Origin: a virus
Taxonomy: Duplodnaviria > Caudoviricetes
Virus record (IMG/VR): IMGVR_UViG_3300032038_000053
Location: 1 to 64,000 of that record
Direction: 5' to 3' (one strand)
Length of the DNA stretch: 64,000 nucleotides
In this document: one piece after another, positions 40,358-47,812 of the stretch
How positions within the stretch are numbered: the stretch's first letter is position 1
Layout: every line of letters starts with the position of its first letter
Program-made: the position numbers and the translations under genes
Notes under the pieces: generated by a model
Database searches by the model: none
What the model saw: only the letters and a program-made list of their open reading frames with translations
Told to the model about the DNA's origin: nothing

Positions 40358-41151
40358 ATACGTGACGTAACTGAACTTAACCATGCTATACCAATGCATC
40401 ACTGTACATACCATGCTATGCCATAACTGTACCTCACGAAGCTCAGCTATACCTTCACATTACAGTATCAGGCTTTGCTAAACTCAGCTGTACCAGTACC
40501 ATACATCACCCATCATAACTCAACCAAGCTTAACCATTGCTCAACCATACTTGACTGCGCATCACCATGACACCACTCAACCAAACTCAGCTTTACCTTT
40601 GCCAAACACAGCATGACTAAACTCAATAATGCAGTACATTACCAATACAATACACACTTCACATTACGTTACCATATACTACTTTACTAAGCCATTGCTT
40701 TACGATACTTCGATTTCCGATGCTATACCATTACTGAACTAAGCCTGACTTCACGGTGCATCATCTCACATCGCCATGCCATTACCCTACGTTACTAAAC
40801 TACACCAAGCATTACTATGCCATTGCGATACACTACCCAGCTTTACCTTTGCTAAACACAGCATGACTAAACTACATAATGCAGTACCGTTACCAATACC
40901 ATACCATGCTTCACACTACTTTACCAAACCATTGCTTTACCACATACTACTTTACTAAGCCATTGCGGCACCAAACATAGCATTACTATACCATTGCAAT
41001 ACATGACTAAACCAAACTAGACCTTTCACCACGTTACCTTGCCTTGACATAACTCAACCTAACTTTACCTTGACTTAGCCTTGCTTCACTTTGCATTACA
41101 CTACAAAACCAATACTATGCCAAACTACACTAGCAGAGCTACGCCATACCA
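40358..41151 (-). repeat. Non-coding array with 5-nt periodicity (NGY-NN pentamers), segmented into ~20 units by GY-AWWG-GY junctions; putative guide-RNA array
   Basis: Plus strand shows RC every 5 nt; about 21 junctions RC-CWWT-RC with spacings mostly 26/31/36/41/46/51 nt; begins at the stop codon of the RAMP gene. Confidence 0.85.
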
Positions 41152-41796
41152 TCACTTGATGTGCTTGGAATAGTTACCACCAATCACAGCATCGTCATTT
41201 TCTTCGTCGAGGAGTTCCCAAACGAATTTTCCTTTACCGGAGTTTCTCCATTGACCTGTGCCATGATAGTAACCATAATCCAACCATTCTTCAATGAGTT
41301 TCTCGTCGGAATCAACCATCAGATGAATAGTGAATGTTGAATTGCTCATAGCAGGAATTGTTTCAGAGCAAGCAAGCGAGACACGCTCTCCCTGAGGTGT
41401 CTGCGCACGGAGTGGTCTCTGGCAGAGTGTAATCTCGCCACTCGGTTCAATAACACACTGACGTTCATTGATGAAGATGAGTCCATCAATCTGCTTCTTG
41501 AATGCCTTGACCTTGGAAGTAGCAGTGCCAGGAATCTTACGCATAAACGAAGCAGTTTCCTTGAAATAACCCTTCCACTGATAGTCGTAGAGGAACGGCT
41601 TTCCATCTTCAGTGCGAGGGAATACCGTTGTGCCCTTTTCGAGGGTTTCGTCAATACCAACAGCAGCGATTTCATCTTCGATTGTTGCTGCGTCTTCGGA
41701 CTTTGATGCGATGAAATCCTTATAGATTTCCTTGGAGTTAGGAGCAGTACCGAGGAGCTCCTCAATAAATGTTACACGGATTTTCATGTCTTTCAT
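41152..41796 (-). CDS. Solo Cas7/Csf2-like RAMP protein (214 aa)
   Basis: N-terminal strand with LLGTAP, YDYQWKGYFKE helix, CQRPLRA...SETIP, Gly-rich loop GTGQWRNSGKGKF. Confidence 0.78.
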   Translation of the reverse strand: MKDMKIRVTFIEELLGTAPNSKEIYKDFIASKSEDAATIEDEIAAVGIDETLEKGTTVFPRTEDGKPFLYDYQWKGYFKETASFMRKIPGTATSKVKAFKKQIDGLIFINERQCVIEPSGEITLCQRPLRAQTPQGERVSLACSETIPAMSNSTFTIHLMVDSDEKLIEEWLDYGYYHGTGQWRNSGKGKFVWELLDEENDDAVIGGNYSKHIK

Positions 41797-41903
41797 AATT
41801 AATCTTTCCTTTCTTAATTGGGCTATGATTCGGATATTCGGACTATATTAAACAGGGATAGTGAATTGTATTTCCCTGGAACTAAATATGATATTTGTGA
41901 TAT

Positions 41904-41919
41904 CATATTAATAGTACAT
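41904..41919 (-). promoter_or_regulatory. Putative early promoter for the RAMP gene/array
   Basis: ATGTACTATTAATATG, identical to 39455-39470. Confidence 0.55.
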
Positions 41920-41963
41920 ATATGAAAAATATAAAAATACAAATTTTGTATGGTAACCGGAAA

Positions 41964-42614
41964 TTACAGTTTGAAACGATCTTCCAAAGATTCACGTTGA
42001 CAGTACTCAATCACATATGGTATTAAATCAACATGTGTTTCACAATAATGATCAATAAAATAATCGATATACGAAACAGGTATCTGCTTGATACAATCGA
42101 ATTTGTTTTGTTCTACAGATTCTTTGATTAACGGGATAATTACCTTTTCAATATAAAGAGTTGTACGTGAACTCTCCGGATCAAAATGTTCAAACCAATC
42201 TAATGTACACTCTGGAATCTCACCACGTTCCACAAACCATTTGATCAAATGCTCCCGCATGGGATCTTCCAGTCTTCCATATTGCAAAAACACTTGTGTG
42301 GTCACGACAATATCATACAATTCACGTGGTGTAATAAAATCCGATGTTTCAATTCCATGAAACTCAAATTCAAATCTCTTTTTCCATTTCGGGAGATGCA
42401 TTAATTGATCTTCTAAATCAATCATCATGTGAATCAGTGAGAAATAAATATCACCACTAGGAGTATGTTGATATGTCCCATCATTACTAATACAGGTTTT
42501 CATTGAAACATGATTGATCATTTGTTCATACATTTGTACTTTGTGATTGATCAATCCCATTCCATCGGGTATACATTTACTGGTTTCCGGACTCAAGAAG
42601 TCGTACATAATCAT
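41964..42614 (-). CDS. Hypothetical protein (216 aa)
   Basis: RBS GAAAGGAAG; no recognisable motif. Confidence 0.7.
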   Translation of the reverse strand: MIMYDFLSPETSKCIPDGMGLINHKVQMYEQMINHVSMKTCISNDGTYQHTPSGDIYFSLIHMMIDLEDQLMHLPKWKKRFEFEFHGIETSDFITPRELYDIVVTTQVFLQYGRLEDPMREHLIKWFVERGEIPECTLDWFEHFDPESSRTTLYIEKVIIPLIKESVEQNKFDCIKQIPVSYIDYFIDHYCETHVDLIPYVIEYCQRESLEDRFKL

Positions 42615-42741
42615 TTCTTCCTTTCGTTTAAAAGTAATTTAACGTGATGAAACAATAAAGAATTAAATTTGATTGGGGCCAATGGCCCCAATCACAATTC
42701 AGTATAGGAAGTAATGTACCATATGAGCAGTTAGGTACAAT

Positions 42742-42826
42742 TGGTGCTGCTTGTGAGACTTGAACTCACACGTCTTTCGACACAAGATCCTAAATCTTGC
42801 ACGTCTGCCTATTCCGTCAAAGCAGC
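42742..42826 (-). tRNA. tRNA-Leu(TAG)
   Basis: GCTGCTT acceptor, CAAGA-TTTAGGA-TCTTG, long variable arm, CCA. Confidence 0.93.
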
Positions 42827-42903
42827 TTCATCCCGGATGGTAGTCAAGCATCCGGGTTATTACGAAAGGAAGGCTCATCTACAATGGCAGGTCATCGTAG
42901 ATA

Positions 42904-42979
42904 TGGCGCCCACTGATGGACTTGAACCATCGACGCATCGGTTAACAGCCGATTGCTCTACCGTCTGAGCTAAGCGGGC
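42904..42979 (-). tRNA. tRNA-Asn(GTT)
   Basis: Canonical cloverleaf, ATCGG-CTGTTAA-CCGAT, CCA. Confidence 0.95.
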
Positions 42980-43091
42980 AAAAAGACGGTGGTATGTTTT
43001 CATACCACCGGACAGAACAAACTAATTTTACTTTAAAGGAGTCTAAAAGCTAAGAAAAATTTAAAAAGGAAATCTTATTATGAATAAAGCT

Positions 43092-43229
43092 TTTCTGAGA
43101 ATATTGGCAACTGGAATACCAATTTAATGATTTTAGATGCCAAACTGGTAAAAGCATCATGCATCAGACGTTGAATGGAGCGATGCTATGTATGTGAAAA
43201 AGAAGTAGCCAGTTGCTCTGCATCAGAAA
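43092..43229 (-). ncRNA. Y-RNA-like element 5
   Basis: UUUCUGA-UGCAG-AGCAACUGG-CUACUUC ... CCAGUUGC-CAAUAUUC-UCAGAAA. Confidence 0.65.
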
Positions 43230-43287
43230 TTATAAAAACATATTCTAGTTCGAGAGGGTTTGAATATGCGTTTATCGTATTTAATAG

Positions 43288-43881
43288 TTACCAAGTAAAT
43301 GCGTAACCAAGACCGTTCTTGAGATCAGAACGAAGGGGATCTGCAAATGTTGCCTTGTTTTCCAGACCGTTTACAGTAACAATTGCAAACTTCTGTGTTG
43401 GTTCAGCTGTTACAGGTGTTACTTTTGCAGCAAAGATGTAATTAGTACCCTTCACTACCTGAGTACCTAACAGAGCAAACGGCTCAACCTTAGAACCAAC
43501 AAAGCCTTCGAAAGTCTTATCGAATACAGTCTTTGCATCTTCGGAGATTTCAGTCTTGACATCAACAACTGTTCCACCAAGACCAGTACCACCTTCAACA
43601 ACTCTTTCGATATTGACAATTGCAAAGTCGTTGCCCTTTTCATTGAGAATTACCAGAACAACATTCTTGGTATCTCTACCAGTGATAACAACTTGTTCTG
43701 CGAGAATGGCATGATTTGTACCATTCACAACCTGAGAACCAAGATAAGCAATTGGTGTATACTGAGCACCAAGCAGCTCACCAAGCTTTTCAGTAAATGC
43801 GGAAGAAACTGTAGCAACCTTCTGTGGCATTGAGCCTGTTGTCATATCGACAATCTCGACATTCCATGTACCTACTGACAT
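43288..43881 (-). CDS. Tandem cystatin-like domain protein
   Basis: Two internal repeats with PxAxLGxQVVxGTN[HY] (cystatin QxVxG); no signal peptide. Confidence 0.65.
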   Translation of the reverse strand: MSVGTWNVEIVDMTTGSMPQKVATVSSAFTEKLGELLGAQYTPIAYLGSQVVNGTNHAILAEQVVITGRDTKNVVLVILNEKGNDFAIVNIERVVEGGTGLGGTVVDVKTEISEDAKTVFDKTFEGFVGSKVEPFALLGTQVVKGTNYIFAAKVTPVTAEPTQKFAIVTVNGLENKATFADPLRSDLKNGLGYAFTW

Positions 43882-43916
43882 ATGAATCATCTCCTAAAAT
43901 AAATAAATTTAATAAA

Positions 43917-43996
43917 GTCTGAGAATAATACAATTGGCGTTAGATGTAACCGAATAAATGTTTCTGTTAGAAGTATCCAATTGTGCTGCATCAGAC
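43917..43996 (-). ncRNA. Y-RNA-like element 4
   Basis: GUCUGA-UGCAG-CACAAUUGG-AUACUUC ... CCAAUUGU-AUUAUUC-UCAGAC. Confidence 0.65.
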
Positions 43997-44005
43997 ATCT
44001 ATTTT

Positions 44006-44096
44006 GAATTCGAGCATTTTGATATCGGTTTGGCTATAGATAGTGTTGGCAACATATAAATCTTTTGAAGTAACCGATAATCCTGCTTCGAAATTC
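44006..44096 (-). ncRNA. Y-RNA-like element 3
   Basis: GAAUUUCGA-AGCAG-GAUUAUCGGUU-ACUUC ... AACCGAUAUC-AAAAUGC-UCGAAUUC. Confidence 0.65.
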
Positions 44097-44106
44097 ATTT
44101 TAAATT

Positions 44107-44196
44107 AACTGAGATGGCCGTATCTCATTCTAGGAGGTCAACCTGATGGACTATGATTATGCGTGTAAGAATATAAATCATCCAACCATCTCAGTT
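44107..44196 (-). ncRNA. Candidate 90-nt structured RNA
   Basis: ~13-bp closing stem AACUGAGAUGGUUG/CGGCCAUCUCAGUU enclosing hairpins. Confidence 0.4.
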
Positions 44197-44199
44197 TGT

Positions 44200-44332
44200 G
44201 GTAGCTGTTTTTTCCTGTCTTTAACGCCCTCTTCGATAAACAGCCAAAACGTCATGCGCCCGTCTTTTCAACTTGCTGGCCACCAAGCGATAGGCCGAAC
44301 CCACATCCTATCCCGTACCCCTCGCAGCTTCC
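44200..44332 (-). ncRNA. Candidate ~133-nt multibranched RNA directly downstream of the TROVE gene
   Basis: GC-rich; closing GGAAGCUG/CAGCUACC plus four internal hairpins. Confidence 0.45.
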
Positions 44333-44358
44333 TTCTAATGATACTTTCTCGCATCACA

Positions 44359-46032
44359 TTATTGTGATGCTTCTATATTATCCCATTGCTTAATGTATTC
44401 GTTTGCAAATGAGATTTCTTTGCCAGTCCAACCAGTCATGATTGCACAACGATAAGCCATGATTGGCATTACAGTATTGTCATAACCAGCTGTCTGAATA
44501 CAAAATACATTCAGCTTTGGATTAATCTTTTTACGATATGTTTGGATTAACTTGTATACATCGATGTGCTGTCTACCGGTAAAACGTGGTCCACATCCAT
44601 ATCCCATCTTTGAATATGCAGCAATATCGGAATGTTCACCATACAATCCACCAGTACCAGCTTGCATATCGGAATAAATAAAGAGATTGTCAATGTGTTC
44701 TTTGTTCTTAATAGCACGCCATAAGTATTTCCAAATACCACCTTCGGTTGCTCCGCCAACATCATCACATTGACCCTTATCAATCTTATGAGCCTGACTC
44801 AGAACACCCTTTCTCTTTGAGATTGGATATGCAATATACCGATCACCAAACTTAACAGCATCCCCTTCATCAGAACAAGCGCATGCCAATACAGCTGACA
44901 GATTGTCAATATTGGCAACACGAACAATTCCATATTCCGATACAAATCTACCCCAAGCAGATCCACTATTATCAGACAGAGCAACTGTTCTACCACTCAG
45001 ATGTGGAAAGTTATCAACGGCAATATCAATGCATTCTTCCAAAGCATCTAAAATCATTTGTTTGTGATTGATCACATCTGTACATTCATCAATCGCTGTA
45101 TAAGCGGATGAATAACGGAACGGGAATTGTTTACCATCTGGAACTCCATCTTTCAGTTTCTGTAAGATACGTTTACAAGTATCCATATCACTGATTTCTT
45201 TGAAGATGTTACGGAGGTTTCTCAATAATGCCATATGACCAATATCAATTGTGTGAAGAATATCAGCCCATGTTGCACCATCGGATCTCAACTGTTCCCA
45301 TGTCTTTTGTTCATTAACCACGTTAACAGTACCAGTCTTCATCAGCTCGTTAATGACTGTTGAATTGGCATGGCATAAACGAACAGTATTGATCATGCCG
45401 ATTTCGAAGTTTTTATATTTGTTAATCTGAACAGGTGATAATGCCTCCAAACGATCTGCCATAGAACGTTTCAAAATAGAAGGCATTTGATTCTTCTTAC
45501 CATCATTCAGCCATAAATAATAAGCAGCTTGCATTGCTGGTTCATCAGGTCTTTTCATTACCTTATATTCTAACTGTCTGAACAAACCAGGATGTGTTTT
45601 GTTGAATTCAGCACGTTTTGGATGAAGTGCTGCACGAACCATGATGACCTGAGGATTCAATCTCATGTAATAAGTATTGCGTAAATGAACTGCCAAACGA
45701 ATTGTCGCTTCATAATCATAATCCAGCGCTTTGTCAATCACATCGGTGAAGAATTCAGTTGCTGTCTTTTTATTGTATTCCGGGAATAATGCATCAGTAA
45801 TCAGATCATCAATCAAATATACGGAATCATGTGAATAATGAAATCCACCACTACTACAATAGAATCCGCCACTACGATAATACTGTGCTTCTCCAAAGAT
45901 GGAAGAAGCTGCAACAAGCTGTAATGTCTGAATGGGATTTAATTTGTAACTAATTCCATTCATAAAGTTTGTTGTAGCACCAAGGGATTCTTCTTTTTTC
46001 TGATTAGAGACTGCTCTTGAAATCTTACTCAT
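44359..46032 (-). CDS. Ro60/Rsr-like TROVE-domain RNA-binding protein with C-terminal vWA domain
   Basis: LAVHLRNTYYMRLNP, KRPDEP, MALLRNLRNI, KQFPFRY, MIDAS-like DNSGS, IYSDMQ. Confidence 0.9.
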   Translation of the reverse strand: MSKISRAVSNQKKEESLGATTNFMNGISYKLNPIQTLQLVAASSIFGEAQYYRSGGFYCSSGGFHYSHDSVYLIDDLITDALFPEYNKKTATEFFTDVIDKALDYDYEATIRLAVHLRNTYYMRLNPQVIMVRAALHPKRAEFNKTHPGLFRQLEYKVMKRPDEPAMQAAYYLWLNDGKKNQMPSILKRSMADRLEALSPVQINKYKNFEIGMINTVRLCHANSTVINELMKTGTVNVVNEQKTWEQLRSDGATWADILHTIDIGHMALLRNLRNIFKEISDMDTCKRILQKLKDGVPDGKQFPFRYSSAYTAIDECTDVINHKQMILDALEECIDIAVDNFPHLSGRTVALSDNSGSAWGRFVSEYGIVRVANIDNLSAVLACACSDEGDAVKFGDRYIAYPISKRKGVLSQAHKIDKGQCDDVGGATEGGIWKYLWRAIKNKEHIDNLFIYSDMQAGTGGLYGEHSDIAAYSKMGYGCGPRFTGRQHIDVYKLIQTYRKKINPKLNVFCIQTAGYDNTVMPIMAYRCAIMTGWTGKEISFANEYIKQWDNIEASQ

Positions 46033-46067
46033 ATGGATATTCCTCCTACATAAATAAATTTATAAAA

Positions 46068-46229
46068 AATTCCGAGAATATTAGAAAGAGTTTTTATGGG
46101 CACTAGAGGCCATCTAGTTTTCGTGGCTAAGTTTTACATGTATATGCCACGTTTACATGGAGCTTTCGGCTCAGAGAAGAGTAAATCCTATTATCTTCTG
46201 AAGTAACTCTTTTCTCTGCTTCGGAATTA
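46068..46229 (-). ncRNA. Y-RNA-like element 2, immediately 5' of the TROVE gene
   Basis: AAUUCCGA-AGCAG-AGAAAAAGAGUU-ACUUC ... AACUCUUUCU-AAUAUUC-UCGGAAUU. Confidence 0.7.
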
Positions 46230-46237
46230 CTGGATAT

Positions 46238-46345
46238 GTGTGAGAATGTTGGACCTGTTTCTTGTAGGACTCGAACCCACATAGTTACCTAAACACAGTA
46301 ATGATTAACCATAAATCGAAGTAACAGAGTCCTCTGCTTCACACA
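46238..46345 (-). ncRNA. Y-RNA-like element 1 with tRNA-like D and T arms
   Basis: UGUGUGA-AGCAG-AGGAC ... GUCC-AACAUUC-UCACACA enclosing GAUU-UAUGGUU-AAUC and GUGGG-UUCGAGU-CCUAC. Confidence 0.75.
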
Positions 46346-46346
46346 T

Positions 46347-46383
46347 TGGTCGAAGTGACAGGGCTTGAACCTGCGGCCTCTCG
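46347..46383 (-). pseudogene. 3' half of a split tRNA-Pro
   Basis: CGAG-AGGCC-GCAGG-TTCAAGC-CCTGT-CACTTCG-A-CCA, with no 5' half adjacent. Confidence 0.8.
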
Positions 46384-46404
46384 TTTTGAATATTGTTAAA
46401 TTTA

Positions 46405-46479
46405 TCGGGATAACCCGGATCGAACGGGCACGATGTCCAAATCCCAAATTTGGCGGCCTACCAGTTGGCCCATATCCCG
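46405..46479 (-). tRNA. tRNA-Pro(TGG), intact, no encoded CCA
   Basis: CGGGATA/TATCCCG acceptor, CCAAA-TTTGGGA-TTTGG, GCCCG-TTCGATC-CGGGT; begins 1 nt after the HNH stop codon. Confidence 0.88.
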
Positions 46480-46480
46480 T

Positions 46481-47293
46481 TCAATTTTCTTCATAAAACT
46501 TCCAGTGAAATCCACCAGATGTTTCACATCTATTGTGACAACATTCACCGATATTTGTTCTATCGGCTCCTGTAAATTCAGCTGCTTGTTTTATTAAATT
46601 ATAGATAACACCTGTCTCAACACAAATTACAGGTTTTCTGGTTTTAGCAGTTCGCATTCCAAAACTGTTATTGTCTAATAAAGAAATCCATTCCAAATTC
46701 TTAAGATGATTATGCTCCTTTATCTCATCAATATGATTGATTCCCAGAATTTTCATATCATCTATTGGATTAAATGTTTCCATAACAACTCTGTGTATGC
46801 TAACATTCTTCTCGAACCCAAAATCACATAGTTGAACACGAGAATACCCTTTCTTACTCAAAGCGGGTTTTAATATTATATTATTCCTTAGAGATCTAAT
46901 ACGACCATGATCTGATACCTGATAATTTTCGAAATCTTTTATAGGTCTCCATTCTTCAATATCTTCAACCCATCTCAAATTATCATAATTAGAGTTTCTG
47001 GTGTCACCATCAATATGTTCAATTTTAGCAAAATGATCAACTAATTCTTCAGGTGGAGTAACAAATGCTCTACCAACTAATTCATCTATTGGAAAATATC
47101 TTATATTGAATTCTGGAAATATTGAGTTTCTGGAACGTAATAAAAGTGCTATGAAATCATATCCGTTTGATGAATGATACGATGCACAAACAGGTTCATC
47201 GTCAATATTAGATTCTGTTCGAATTCTACCGTAATTTGATATAAGAAATCCATCAGCAATTTCTGGATGCTGTAATTTTCTCCAAACTTCCAT
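46481..47293 (-). CDS. NUMOD4-HNH homing endonuclease (duplicated module) with C-terminal NUMOD1-like DNA-binding domain
   Basis: Two WR/K..ISNYGRIR / WR..VSDHGRIR modules; second has HR...NHIDEIKEHNHLKNLEW; tail KPVICVETG...AA...NIGECC...GGFHWKF. Confidence 0.9.
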   Translation of the reverse strand: MEVWRKLQHPEIADGFLISNYGRIRTESNIDDEPVCASYHSSNGYDFIALLLRSRNSIFPEFNIRYFPIDELVGRAFVTPPEELVDHFAKIEHIDGDTRNSNYDNLRWVEDIEEWRPIKDFENYQVSDHGRIRSLRNNIILKPALSKKGYSRVQLCDFGFEKNVSIHRVVMETFNPIDDMKILGINHIDEIKEHNHLKNLEWISLLDNNSFGMRTAKTRKPVICVETGVIYNLIKQAAEFTGADRTNIGECCHNRCETSGGFHWKFYEEN

Positions 47294-47338
47294 TTATATT
47301 CACCACCTTTTTGAGATGATATATTATTATTTAAACAA

Positions 47339-47377
47339 GATCCAAATCAAGCACTCTCCCAGCTGAGCTACACCTCG
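47339..47377 (-). pseudogene. 5' half of a split tRNA-Pro(TGG)
   Basis: CGAGGTG-TA-GCTC-AGCTGGGA-GAGT-G-CTTGA-TTTGGA-TC, then breaks off. Confidence 0.8.
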
Positions 47378-47409
47378 AAACAAAACATGCTTCATCACAT
47401 TGCTTTGTA

Positions 47410-47425
47410 ATTATTAGTAATATAT
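47410..47425 (-). promoter_or_regulatory. Putative early promoter upstream of the tRNA-Pro/Y-RNA/TROVE unit
   Basis: ATATATTACTAATAAT contains TATATTAC, recalled as the phiKZ early-promoter motif. Confidence 0.5.
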
Positions 47426-47469
47426 GATGTAAAAATAAAAAATAGATGGGGGCAATTGCCCCCACCAAA

Positions 47470-47736
47470 TTACTTATTACCCCATGAGTTCGGATGCTGG
47501 AAGCCAAACGAAGAATTTGCATAAAACTGTGCATTCGGATCATTACCAATTTTCAACAGATGTTCATCACACTTCCATATTGTCGGATAAATGTAATGGG
47601 TGTTGAACGGAACTGCACCACGTAACATGTCTTCCAGAATTGTCGATAAGTCGTTAGTAGATTCATAAAAGTGAGCCGGGGTAGCTTTCTCACCATAAAT
47701 GCTATCAACGCTGTCGGTGTCAGAATAAAGATACAT
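47470..47736 (-). CDS. 88-aa protein beginning with PolB motif-C-like YSDTDS
   Basis: RBS AAAGGAAGTG, own promoter motif at 47788-47803, terminator hairpin at ~47447-47466. Confidence 0.6.
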   Translation of the reverse strand: MYLYSDTDSVDSIYGEKATPAHFYESTNDLSTILEDMLRGAVPFNTHYIYPTIWKCDEHLLKIGNDPNAQFYANSSFGFQHPNSWGNK

Positions 47737-47812
47737 AAAATCACTTCCTTTGTAATGTTGATTTGAATCACGGTTGATTCTTCATTACGTATAAATGATA
47801 TATGTATCAAGA

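Larger units (their letters stand above)
46384..47338 (-). mobile_element. HNH homing-endonuclease cassette (promoter + HNH + replacement tRNA-Pro) inserted in a tRNA-Pro gene
   Basis: Flanked by complementary 5' and 3' tRNA-Pro halves. Confidence 0.75.

Noticed and set aside
40776-40958. 60-aa ORF within the periodic array
   Set aside because: On the strand opposite the transcription unit, no RBS, covers only part of the array; a by-product of the repeat.
40358-41151. Canonical CRISPR array or DGR template next to the Cas7-like gene
   Set aside because: No identical 25-40-nt direct repeats with unique spacers, and no cas1/cas2 or reverse transcriptase; the structure is a 5-nt register instead.
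39423-43010. ORF-track calls overlapping tRNAs (39423-39698, 39454-39636, 40029-40280, 42741-42968)
   Set aside because: They overlap clear cloverleaf tRNA genes and lack RBSs.
46384-47338. Group I intron interrupting tRNA-Pro
   Set aside because: No recognisable P7 R/S core elements, and the insert carries its own promoter motif and a complete second tRNA-Pro.
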